Shown one piece after another: positions 38,020-50,100 of a DNA stretch of 64,000 nt. How positions within the stretch are numbered: position 1 is the first letter of the stretch; every line of letters starts with the position of its first letter. Both the position numbers and the translations under genes were made by a program. The DNA lies in assembly GCA_002269645.1 (NCBI GenBank), contig NIVC01000180.1:248001-312000 (forward strand). The letters run 5' to 3'. The notes beneath the pieces were generated by a model. That model was not told the origin of the DNA and made no database searches. It saw only the letters and a program-made list of their open reading frames with translations. The stretch is from Macrostomum lignano. Taxonomy: Eukaryota.

Positions 38020-41000
38020 ATGTCCGGTCCTTCGTCGCCGGCCCACCCGGCCGAGAACGGGTCGCTTCGCCTGTCGACCTGCCGCGTTCCCGGAGCGCCT
38101 CGGCCGCTGCGCTTCGCCAGAAGTCGTCGCAGCGTTTGGCAGCCGCGGCCGCAGCAGCGGCAGGCCAGCAGCCGGTGCCGGCACGGACGCAGCTGTCACC
38201 AGTGGCCGCAGGCGGGGCTGTCAGCGATTTTCAAGGACTTCGCTGGCAACACCACGGCGCACGGCATCCGCCAGCTGGCCCAGGCGAACGGCTGGTGCCG
38301 CCGGATCGTGTGGGCGGCCATTCTGACGGTGGTCACCGCCGGGGTGGCCACGCACCTGACCGTGGAGGTGATGCACTACTTCTCCTACCCCATCAGCGTC
38401 CAGACCAGCTTCATCCTGGGCGGCTACGCCTTCCCCGACGTGATCATCTGCGACCCCATCGGCCCCATCAACCCGCGCCTGACACTGCGCCGCAACGCGA
38501 GCTCCGGCCCGGCCGGCGACATCCTCATTGGCACCGAGGACGCCATCGTGCTGCCCGACTCCGGCGAGCTGCAGCAGAAGGACAAGTTCAGGTTCTTCCT
38601 GAGCCACTTCATCGACCTGCCGGCCAGCGGCCTGCAGCCGGCCGACTACATCATCTTCTGCCGCTACCAGAAGCTGCCCTGCACCTTCCTGAACTTCAGC
38701 GTGTACTACCACCATGACTTCATGAACTGCTTCGTGTTCCGGCCGCCGACTCGCCTCGTCGCCGCGGCTGGACCCGACAGCGGCCTCACCCTTGTGCTGA
38801 ACGTGCCGCAGCGCAGCTCCGTTGAGTCGTTCTCGGAGTTTGGCGAGCGATACGAGGAGGCCCTGCTGCCGCTGGGCCTGCGGGTGTCCCTGCAGCAGGC
38901 CGACACCGTGCCGCGGCCCAGCGAAGGCGGCTGGATGCTGCCGAAGGGCATGCTGACCGAGATAAGCACCTGGCACTTCCGGTTAGCAGATGTGACTGGA
39001 CTGGTCTGGGGTGACCGTGCTATTATTGGTCTGCGGGGTGACCGCGTTTTGTGTGAGTGAGTGTTCGATGCGACCATTTTGACTGTCAGGCATGTGACCT
39101 TTACTGTCAGATGTGACCGTTGCTGTCAGGTGTGACCGTTACTGTCAGATGTGACCGTTGCTGTCAGGTGTGACCGTTACTGTAAAGTGTGACCGTTACT
39201 GTAAAGTGTGACCGTTAATTTCGGGTGTGACCGTTACTGTCGGATGTGACCCGTTACAGTCAGGTGTGACCGTTACTGTCAGATGTGACCGTTACTGTCA
39301 GATGTGACCGTTGCTGTCAGGTGTGACCGTTGCTGTCAGGTGTGACCGTTGCTGTCAGGTGTGACCGTTGCTGTCAGGTGTGACACCAAACCTCCTCCCC
39401 CCGCCCCCAGCTCCGCGCTGGCGAACACGCCGGTGGCGCCCTGCTCAGGCGAGAGCAGCAACCTCAGGCAGCGCAACCACGCCACGGGTCGCATAGAGGA
39501 GTTTTACTACCGCAAAGAGGACTGCGAGTACAACCGGCTGGTGGAGCGGGCCGGCCAGGTTTGCAACTGCTCCGTGCATGCTGACTACCCGCTTGGTGGC
39601 TCCGGCAACTCCTCCAGCGACGACGGCGGTCGCGACAGGTTTGTCGGCTGCCACGAGCCGTTCAGAATCACCCGACGGCTGTTCGACATGATCCTGCGGC
39701 TGCGGAAGGCCGGCCACAGCCACATCGGCGACCAGGCCGCTCAGCCGGCCATGGAGATCCTCGAGGACGCTGCGTCGCCGCTGAACCGCATCATCGACTG
39801 CTTCCAGGTAGCCGGCTGGGCAGTCAGTCATCAGTCTGGGTCTGGGCAGTCTTGATCATAGCATGCTGCTCTTGGTCATATCAGTCTGGGTGTGTCCGTT
39901 CAATGCACCTTCCTTTGGTTTAGCAATCTGAGTCATAGCTGTCTGGTTTTAACAATCTGGGTCATAGCTGTCTGGATCATAGCTGTCTGGTTTTAGCAAT
40001 TTGGGTCATAGCTGTCTGGTTTTAGCAATTTGGGTCATAGCTGTCTAGTTTTAGCTATCTGGGTCATAGCTGTCTGTGTTTTAGCAATCTGGGTCATAGC
40101 TGTCTGGGTTTAGCAATCTGGGTCATAGCTGTCTGGGTTTTAGCAATCTGGGTCATAGCTGTCTGGTTTTAGCAGTCTGGGTCATAGCTGTCTGGTTTTA
40201 GCAATCTGGGTCATAGCTGTCTGGTTTTAGCAATCTGGGTCATAGCTGTTTGGATCATAGCTGTCTGGTTTTAGCAATTTGGGTCATAGCTGTCTGGTTT
40301 TAGCAATTTGGGTCATAGCTGTCTAGTTTTAGCTATCTGGGTCATAGCTGTCTGTGTTTTAGCAATCTGGGTCATAGCTGTCTGGGTTTAGCAATCTGGG
40401 TCATAGCTGTCTGGTTTTAGCAATCTGGGTCATAGCTGTCTGGTTTTAGCAGTCTGGGTCATAGCTGTCTGGTTTTAGCAATCTGGGTCATAGCTGTCTG
40501 GTTTTAGCAATCTGGGTCATAGCTGTCTGGTTTCAGCAGTCTGGGTCATAGCTGTCTGGGTTTTAGCAATCTGGGTCATAGCTGTCTGGGTTTAGCAATC
40601 TGGGTCATAGCTGTCTGGGTTTAGCAATCTGGGTCATAGCTGTCAAGGTTTAGCAATCTGGGTCATAGCTGTCTGGGTTTAGCAATCTGGGTCATAGCTG
40701 TCTGGTTTTAGCAATCTGGGTCATAGCTGTCTGGTTTTAGCAATCTGGGTCATAGCTGTCTGGGTTTTAGCAATCTGGGTTATAGCTGTCTGGGTTTAGC
40801 AATCTGGGTCATAGCTGTCTGGGTTTTAGCAATCTGGGTCATAGCTGTCTGGGTTTTAGCAATCTGGGTCATAGCTGTCTGGGTTTAGAAATCTGGGTTA
40901 TAGCTGTCTGGGTCATAGATGTCTGGGTTTAGCAATCTGGGTCATAGCTGTCTGGGCTAGCAATCTGGGTCATAGCTGTCTGGGTTTTAGCAATCTGGGT

Positions 41001-42002
41001 CATAGCTGTCTGGGCTAGCAATCTGGGTCATAGCTGTCTGGGTTTAGCAATCTGGGTCATAGCTGTCTGGGTTTTAGCAATCTGGGTCATAGCTGTCTGG
41101 GTTTAGCAATCTGGGTCATAGCTGTCTGGGTTTTAGCAATCTGGGTCATAGCTGTCTGGGTTTTAGCAATCTGGGTCATAGCTGTCTGGGTTTAGAAATC
41201 TGGGTTATAGCTGTCTGGGTCATAGATGTCTGGTTTTAGCAATCTGGGTCATAGCTGTCTGGGTTTAGCAATCTGGGTCATAGCTGTCTGGGTTTAGCAA
41301 TCTGGGTCATAGCCGTCTGGTTTTAGCAATCTGGGTCATAGCTTGTATCTAATAACCCATTGGGTATTTCCTAAGGCACTACAATGCAATGTTTCAGAGG
41401 ATTCTCCGTCCCATCGCTAGCATTAGCTCAGAGCTGAACTTTCACCCCCGTAGGAGGCCCGCCGCCAGCCGGTGAGCCACTCGGACTGCCCCAACCCGTG
41501 CGAATTCGACAACTACGTGACTGCCGTTTCGCAGGCGCTGTGGCCGCAGCAGGAACTTTTGAGCCGCATCAAGGAGCTGCTGCTTGACTCCATCCACCAG
41601 GAGTACTTCAACACTGTCCGCAGGCGCAGTCTGCAGGATTCGCTCATCCACCCGCTGAAGCCGGACTTCTGGGACCAGTTCGCCGCCCTGGAGGGCTGCA
41701 CCGCGCCCGACTGCTTCAGCCGCATCAACAGGCAGATTTTCAGCTTCATGGAGGAGAATTTCCTGGAGCTGCGGGTTTTCCCTCGCAGTCTGGACATTCA
41801 GTACACCGAGGAGCGGTGCAACTTCCCGCTCAGCAGCCTGCTGTCCCAGCTCGGCGGCCTCAGCGGCCTGTGGCTCGGCATCAGCATTGTGACGGTCTGC
41901 GAGTTCATCGACTTCCTCGGCGCTCTGGTGCGCCGGCTGTTGAGTAGCACCTTCCGGGAGCGCCTGACTGACACCGAGCTCGTGACTGAGCTGTCCGTCT
42001 AG
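38020..42002 (+). CDS. DEG/ENaC (amiloride-sensitive, FaNaC/ASIC-like) sodium channel: join(38020..38981, 39411..39807, 41454..42002)
   Basis: Pre-TM1 TTAHG motif, TM1 RRIVWAAIL..., FPDVIIC, NCFVF, GLTLVL, cysteine-rich thumb (CEY..CNC..CPNPC), TM2 LLSQLGGLSGLWLGISIVTVCEF with the GxS filter. Introns are GT-AG, phases 2 and 0. Confidence 0.93.
39085..39385. repeat. 19-bp minisatellite (tgtgaccgttgctgtcagg) in ENaC intron 1
   Basis: About 15 copies. Confidence 0.92.
39920..41345. repeat. 28-30-bp minisatellite (agcaatctgggtcatagctgtctggtttt) in ENaC intron 2
   Basis: About 45-50 copies. Confidence 0.96.
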
Positions 42003-42049
42003 TGAGGCGTCTGGAGACTGGCAGTGCAGATCTTGGCTACAGACAGTCC

Positions 42050-42690
42050 AGACTCTAGAGACATGTCTGGAGGCTAAGAATGTGGGTCAATTGTGTCTAG
42101 AGACATGTCTAGAGGCTAGGAATGCAGGTCAATTGTGTCTATAGACATGTCTAGAGGCTAGGAATGCGAGTCAATCGTGTCTATGGACATGTCTCGAGAC
42201 TAAGAATGCGGGTCAATCGTGTCTATAGACATGTCTAGAAGCCTAGAATGCGGGTCATTCGTGTCTATGGACATGTCTAGAGGCTAGTAATGTGGGTCAA
42301 TCGTGTCTAGAGACATGTCTAGAGGCTAGGAATGCAGGTCAATTGTGTCTATGGACATGTCTAGAGGCTAGGAATGCGAGTCAATCGTGTCTATGGACAT
42401 GTCTCGAGACTAAGAATGCGGGTCAATCGTGTCTAGAGACATGTCTAGAAGCCTAGAATGCGGGCCATTCGTGTCTAGAGACATGTCTAGAGGCTAAGTA
42501 TGCGGGTCATTCGTGTCTAGAGACATGTCTAGAGGCTAGGAATGCAGGTCAATTGTGTCTATGGACATGTCTAGAGGCTAGGAATGCGAGTCAATCGTGT
42601 CTATGGACATGTCTAGAGGCTAGGAATGCGGGTCAATCGTGTCTAGAGACATTTCTAGAGTCTAGGAATGGGGGTCAATCGTGTCTATCT
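42050..42690. repeat. 40-bp minisatellite with a palindromic core (tctagagacatgtctaga) downstream of the ENaC stop
   Basis: About 16 copies. Confidence 0.93.
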
Positions 42691-43019
42691 AAAAGTCATC
42701 TAAACGATCGTATCTAAAGAGACATGTCTAGAGACTGTTAGTGTCTTGAAGACTTTAGACAAGAAAACGTATCGAAACAGACCATCTAAACAGGTGTCAG
42801 GACAGATAATTTATGCGTTATTAATACATTTTGTTTTCAGACGATCTTTTTAGGATTTTCCTATGGATATTTACTGTTATTGATGCTACGCTAACAATGC
42901 CATTAGCAGCACAACACAGTTTCAATATCATTGGTCTATAGAGCAGTCTATAGATATGCAGATGTTGTTTCTGTCATTCTATATTTATCTATATCCCCCG
43001 CAGTTATCAATAATAATAT

Positions 43020-43715
43020 TTAAACAGACGCACAGAACATTGCGCCGCGTTTTTACATGTGACTGGCCTTTATCTTTCATTTCGCTCTGTTTGGGCCTGC
43101 ATGCGGGGGGGGGGCAGGACCTCCCGGGGCTGCCAATTATCCATAAAGCTGTGTGAGGCTAATGAGTTTCTAATTACGGGGATCATATTGGAAGTTGTGG
43201 GGGTTTGTGGCCGGCTGCTTGCCCCGCAGCTGCTCTCTGAGCTCCCGGCGGTGGTTATGGGGATACTTGAGTGCTGCCGGTGTGTGGAGGGATAAATCCA
43301 GTTCCCAACTGCTCGTGCGGCTGACTGGGCGGGGATCAAGTGCACAGCCTGTACTGCACGGCGAGTCTGAGTGGCTCTGCCATCAGTTAGTCAGAGGCAG
43401 GGGGCTGTGCGAACCCTGGCGCACTTTAAGCGACATTGTCACACAACCGGCGAGCAGGCACACAAGCGCAGATACTTACGCAGTCATAGGCACAGGCGCA
43501 CACTCACACAGGAGTGTACAGCGGCCCTGACTTTAATTATCGTTAGGCATGTACACTTCACTGTGCCTTGGGGTTTGGCTCTCAAGGCCGTTAATTGCAC
43601 GAGCAGAGCCAAGCCGAGATTCCAATTCAGCCCCAAATTAATGTGACTGCACTTGGAATCGAGCCCGGGCCGCTGGCGCATCAGAGCGCCGTGCTGGACC
43701 GCACTAGGCTACGGC
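43020..43715 (-). mobile_element. Possible tRNA-derived SINE (Gln-CTG-like head, roughly 700 bp, (TTA)n-like tail)
   Basis: The reverse complement starts ccgtagcctagtgcgg (A-box-like) ...ggcgctctgatgcgcc... gggctcgattcc (B-box-like) and ends near tattattattg. The acceptor stem is absent, so it is not a functional tRNA. Confidence 0.45.
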
Positions 43716-44140
43716 CCCCTCTGGCCGGTTGTGGCAATTGCAGATTGATTCACTTTCCACCTTTCGAAATTCAACCAAGTTTAAGTCGTTTTCCCGATAT
43801 TTAACTCGGTTTTCTCTTGGCTGACCGGGGGCGGGGGCTCCAAAAAAGAGATTTTTAAACTCAAAGCTCATTTGCAATCAGTCTGCGTGTTTGCTTTATC
43901 AGCTATTTAGGCTTAAATGCCAGAGTTTAGCCACACTTTCACTTTGTTCTGCATACTGACTGGCTTATTGCAGTTTGCACTAAGAATACGAGCAAAGCTT
44001 TATCTGATTTTCCAGTGCCAACTTCTGCACAATTTTATAAAACTGCATGCGTGCCCCCGTTGCAGCTGCTGCACTGAACAGTTGTCAGAATGTCTGCATT
44101 GCAAAGCGGCTGCTCCTAGAGGCAGCAACGAACCAACAGC

Positions 44141-47100
44141 ATGGCTGAGCTGCCTTTGTCATCTGATCGTTGCTGCAGTCTGCTCACAGCTCTGCTCCCG
44201 ATTGCTGGCTGGCTGCCAAAATATGAGTGAGTAAACATTTGATTTGCGGTGTCCCAGGTGTGTCTGCAGTGTCTTAAATGTGTCTGCGGTGTCTTAAATG
44301 TGTCTGCAGTGTCTTAAATCTGTCTGCAGTGTCTCAAATGTGTCTGCAGTGTCTTAAATCTGTCTGCAATGTCTCAAATGTGTCTGCAATGTCTCAAATG
44401 TGTCTGCAGTGTCTTAGATCTGTCTGCAGTGTCTCAAATGTGTCTGCAGTGTCTCAAATGTGTCTGCAGTGTCTCAAATGTGTCTGCAGTGTCTCAAATG
44501 TGTCTGCAGTGTCTCAAATGTGTCTTAAATGTCTCAAATGTGTCTGCAGTGTCTTAAATGTGTCTGCGGTGTCTTAAATGTGTCTGCAGTGTCTTAAATC
44601 TGTCTGCAGTGTCTCAAATGTGTCTGCAGTGTCTTAAATCTGTCTGCAATGTCTCAAATGTGTCTGCAATGTCTCAAATGTGTCTGCAGTGTCTCAAATG
44701 TGTCTGCAGTGTCTTAGATCTGTCTGCAGTGTCTCAAATGTGTCTGCAGTGTCTCAAATGTGTCTGCAGTGTCTCAAATGTGTCTGCAGTGTCTCAAATG
44801 TGTCTGCAGTGTCTCAAATGTGTCTGCAATGTCTCAAATGTGTCTGCAGTGTCTCAAATGTGTCTGCAGTGTCTCAAATGTGTCTGCAGTGTCTCAAATG
44901 TGTCTGCAGTGTCTCAAATGTGTCTGCAATGTCTCAAATGTGTCTGCAGTGTCTCAAATGTGTCTGCAGTGTCTTAGATCTGTCTGCAATGTCTCAAATG
45001 TGTCTGCAATGTCTCAAATGTGTCTGCAGTGTCTCAAATGTGTCTGCAGTGTCTCAAATGTGTCTGCAGTGTCTCAATTATGTCTGCAGTGTCTTAAATC
45101 TGTCTGCAGTGTCTCAAATGTGTCTGCAGTGTCTTAAATCTGTCTGCAATGTCTCAAATGTGTCTGCAATGTCTCAAATGTGTCTGCAGTGTCTCAAATA
45201 TGTCTGCAGTGTCTTAAATCTGTCTGCAATGTCTCAAATGTGTCTGCAGTGTCTTAGATCTGTCTGCAGTGTCTCAAATGTGTCTGCAGTGTCTCAAATG
45301 TGTCTGCAGTGTCTTAAATCTGTCTGCAGTGTCTTAAATCTGTCTGCAGTGTCTTAAATCTGTCTGCAGTGTCTCAAATGTGTCTGCAGTGTCTTAAATC
45401 TGTCTGCAGTGTCTTAAATCTGTCTGCAGTGTCTTAAATCTGTCTGCAGTGTCTCAAATGTGTCTGCAGTGTCTTAAATGTGTCTGCAATGTCTCAAATG
45501 TGTCTGCAGTGTCTTAAATCTGTCTGCAATGTCTCAAATGTGTCTGCAGTGTCTTAGATCTGTCTGCAGTGTCTCAAATGTGTCTGCAGTGTCTCAAATG
45601 TGTCTGCAGTGTCTTAAATCTGTCTGCAGTGTCTTAAATCTGTCTGCAGTGTCTCAAATGTGTCTGCAGTGTCTTAAATGTGTCTGCAATGTCTTAAATG
45701 TGTCTGCAATGTCTCAAATGTATCTAGTTTTGCTGATCAAGCCTCGACAGTGGGCAAACGAAAATAGAGAAATCCGCATCAAGCTGTCCATTGTCACCTG
45801 GTGCCACCTGTTGAATGTCCAGAAGCTCCGCCTGGGTGAAGGCTAGTGACCAACGAGCTGATGCAGACACATGTGGTCGACGTGCTTTTAAAATTTGGAG
45901 ACTTGGCAAGGTTGCACTGAGGTGCAGGGCTGATTGGCGCACAGGGGTGTACTCAATACACTAGCCCTTATGGGAAAAATCCGACCTTCTGGCAGAATCG
46001 TCGAATATCTCGACGGTCCGGAGAGCTGGCGACTTGATTCTTGTTTAAGAAGGTGCGCAACAAAAAATTGGCCCGTGTTCTTGAATTTCGTGTGCCTGCG
46101 CTGCTCCGTTCCGGCGCAGCAAAAAAATTGTCGGGGGGGGGGAATTTCTCTTGGTAGTTCGACGGGCGGAAAAATGGCTTGGTATTCCTACTTTTAATGA
46201 TCAAAATGACCCAACATGCAGTCGGAAGAGGCGCCCACCGCATCATTTCTCTCCTCTGGACAATCCTCATTGTATTGCATTTATGATGAGTTCAAAGGCA
46301 TTGGCAGAGACCGGCAGCATTGCAGCGCTATGAATTATGCATCGAATTTGGGACAAGAAGCTTGCGGTTTGTCTGGTTCTCAGGTGTTCGCATTGCTCCA
46401 TAACCTTATTAATTCTCCGAGCATAGACCGCGCCGTCAGTGTCGCTACTTTGGCTCCTGAACTGTCACCTGAACCCTCACCTGAGCCCTCACCTGAGCCC
46501 TCACCTGAGCCCTCACCTGAGCCCTCACCTGAACCATCACCTGCACCATCACCTGAACCATCACCTGAACCATCACCTGAACCATCACCTGAACACTCAC
46601 CTGAACCCTCACCTAAACCATCACCCGATACCTCTCTTGATCCCTCACCTGAGCCATCACCGGAGCCCTCACCTGAGCCCTCACCTGAGCCCTCACCTGA
46701 GCCCTCACCTGAGCCCTCACCTGAGCCCTCACCTGAGCCCTCACCTGAGCCCTCACCTAAACCATCACCCGATACCTCTCTTGATTCCTTCACCTGAGCC
46801 ATCACCGGAGCCCTCACCTGAGCCCTCACCTGAGCCCTCACCTGAGCCCTCACCTGAGCCCTCACCTGAAACATCATCTGAACCATCACCTGAGCCCTCA
46901 ACTGAACCCCCACCTAAGCCCTCACCTGAGCCCTCACCTGAGCCCTCACCTGAGCCCTCACCTGAAACATCATCTGAACCATCACCTGAGCCCTCACCTG
47001 AACCATCACCTGAACCCTCACCTGAACCATCACCTAAGCCCTCACCTGAGCCCTCACCTGAACCCTCACCTGAACCCTCACCTGCACCATCACCTGAACC

Positions 47101-50100
47101 ATCACCTGAACCATCACCTCCACTTCCTTAAAGCCTGCAGAAGCTCCGCCAGGACGCGGTGGCGGGCCTGACCGTCGGCCTGATGGTGATCCCGCAGGGC
47201 CTCGCCTACGCGCACGTCGCAGAGCTGCCGGTTCAGTACGGCCTGTACTCCGCCTTCATGGGCCCCTTCGTCTACTGCCTGCTCGGCACCTCCAAGGACG
47301 CCAGCCTGGGCCCCACCGCCATCATGTCGCTGCTCACCGCCTCCTACAACGCGGCTCCGGGAGTCACGTCGAAGTCAGCCGTCTACGCCGTGCTGATGTG
47401 CTTCGCCTGCGGCATCGTGCAGTTCCTGCTAGGCGCCATGAGGCTGGGCGTCATCGTCAACTTCATCTCCCTGCCTGTGGTCAGCGGCTTCACCACCTCC
47501 GCTGCTGTCACCATCGCCTGGAGCCAGGTCAAGGTGAGCACTGCCCGCCTCCCAGATCCTCAGTTGCCAGGCCAGCCTCCCAGATCCTCAGTTGCCTGAT
47601 CAGCCTCCCAGATCCTCAGTTGCTGAGCCAGCCTCCCAGAATTCCAGTTGCTGGGCCAGCCTCCCAGATCCTCAGTTGCTGAGCCAGCCTCCCAGATCCT
47701 CAGTTGCTGAGCCAGCCTCCCAGATCCTCAGTTGCTGAGCCAGCCTCCCAGATCCTCAGTTGCTGAGCCAGCCTCCCATATCCCCAGTTGCTGGGCCAGC
47801 CTCCCATATCCCCAGTTGCTGGGCCAGCCTCCCAGATCCTCAGTTGCTGGGCCAGCCTCCCAGATCCTCAGTTGCTGGCCACTCCGCTCCCAACCGCCCG
47901 CAGTCGCTGCTGGGCCTGAGAGGCATTTCCAACTGGCTGCCGCTGTCTGTGTACGAAATCTGCAGGGACATTGGGCGCACCAAGTGAGTTCGCGCGCTGG
48001 TGGCCGCGGATTGGGGGCCTGTGGGCCTGGCTGGATGCGAATTACTCGTAATTGCTCGACCACGCCTCCCCCCATTTCAGAGTGTGGGATCTGACTCTCG
48101 GCCTCAGCTGCATGGCCCTGCTGCTGGTGCTGATGGTGAGCCACTGCCCAGCTGTTTGATTAAATGTCACATGATACTTGCTATGATTGTAAACATCGCT
48201 TTGGCTCGATTTGGGATCAGAGATGGGACCCCAGCTAGATTTGAGATCAGAGATGGGACCCAGCTAGATTTGGGATCAGAGATGGGACCCCAGATAGATT
48301 TGGGATCAGAGATGGGACCCCAGCTAGATTTGAGATCAGAGATGGGACCCAGCTCGATTTGGGATCAGAGATGGGACCCCAGATAGATTTGGGATCAGAG
48401 ATGGGACCCCAGCTAGATTTGAGATCAGAGATGGGACCCAGCTCGATTTGGGATCAGAGATGGGACCCCAGATAGATTTGGGATCAGAGATGGGACCCCA
48501 GCTAGATTTGGGATCAGAGATGGGACCCCAGCTAGATTTGGGTTCAGAGATGGGACCCCAGATAGATTTGGGATCAGAGATGGGACCCAAGCTCGATTTG
48601 GGATCAGAGATGGGACTCCAGCTAGATTTGAGATCAGAGATGGGACCCCAGCTAGATTTGGGATCAGAGATGGGACTCCAGCTAGATTTGAGATCAGAGA
48701 TGGGACCCCAGCTAGATTTGGGATCAGAGATGGGACCCCAGCTAGATTTGGGATCAGAGATGGGACCCCAGATAGATTTGGGATCAGAGATGGGACCCCA
48801 GATAGATTTGGGATCAGAGATGGGACTCCAGCTAGATTTGAGATCAGAGATGGGACCCCAGCTAGATTTGGGTTCAGAGATGGGACTCCAGCTAGATTTG
48901 GGATCAGAGATGGGACCCAAGCTATATTTGGGTTCAGAGATGGGATCCCAGCTAGATTTAGGAGAGATGGAACCCCAGCTAGATTTAGGATCAGAGATGG
49001 GACCCCAGCTAGATTTAGGAGAGATGGGACCCCAGCTAGATTTAGGAGAGATGGAACCCCAGCTAGATTTAGGATCAGAAATGGGACCCCAGCTAGATTT
49101 AGGAGAGATGGGACCCCAGCTAGATTTAGGAGAGATGGGACCCCAGCTAGATTTGGCAGCGGCAGGAATGAGCACGAATCCAGACTTCTTTCTTCTTTCG
49201 TTGGCATTCTGAAAGAAGATCAGCCAACAGGCCAAGGACTGCAGGCAGCGATCCAGATCCGATTGGGACTTTTATGCTGACGTGGGGGAGAGAGACTGCT
49301 GGGCCTCATCTGGATTCTGGGCGCGGCGCCGGACGGGAATGTAAAAATTGGTCCAAATTGGATTTGCCTCTTTGCCCGCCTCTTCCGCGCTCTGCCGCTC
49401 TGCCCATGCTCAGGGACACGGACAGAGCCCAGTTGGCCTGTGCTGTCTACATCTGTCATGGGCTGCCATCTGCTGCCGGCATCCCCAAACAGCCGAGACC
49501 AAACTACCGCTGTTTTTTGACAAGAAAATGACTCTCAGAATTATTTTGGATCATTCAATTCTCATTCGATATACAACGATATATTCGATTTACAAGAATG
49601 TAAATTCTATCACTACCGATTCCAGTCCATATGCTCTCTGCCAGGGGTCCATGAATTAAGAATACACCACTTCAAATTTCGATCCAGATGCTATGTTTTA
49701 AATGTCCTTGTGTTGAGCAAGAGCTTTAGCTCGTAATAAGCTACCGAGGGTGCAGTTTCTAATCCGAATGCTCACTGTTTGAAAGTCCATGCCAGGATCA
49801 TGTCTAGATTGTACATAAAATTAAAAAATCAGGTGTTCTGCGTTTTTGTGGTTCAGTTGCTAAATATGAGAGATCCACGAATGGCTGGACTAGTTCTGTT
49901 TATAATGGTAAGATTCCAGTCCAGATACTATTATAACAGGAGTCCATGCATGGCCGGATGAGTATCGATGGCAATCAGCGCCCGCATTGCGGCTCCAGCT
50001 CTACTGTGCAATGACAAAACTGACAAAATTCGGCAATTTCATTTTTCAGACGACAAGATTTGGGAAATCTGTGCAGGGAGCATAAATATCGAGCCAAAAT

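Noticed and set aside
43630-43715. Functional tRNA-Gln gene
   Set aside because: There is no acceptor-stem pairing and the anticodon stem is imperfect; at most it is a SINE head.
46216-47131. SPEP/PHLS extensin-like ORFs
   Set aside because: They come from the 12-bp intronic repeat. SLC26 exon 1 joins exon 2 in phase without them, and the array has internal frameshifts.
45833-47137. 1.3-kb insertion with a 13-bp TSD splitting an SLC26 exon
   Set aside because: A better exon 1 (44141-44226) splices in phase to 47134, and no donor/acceptor pair would remove this segment in frame. The match is kept only as a degenerate junction copy.
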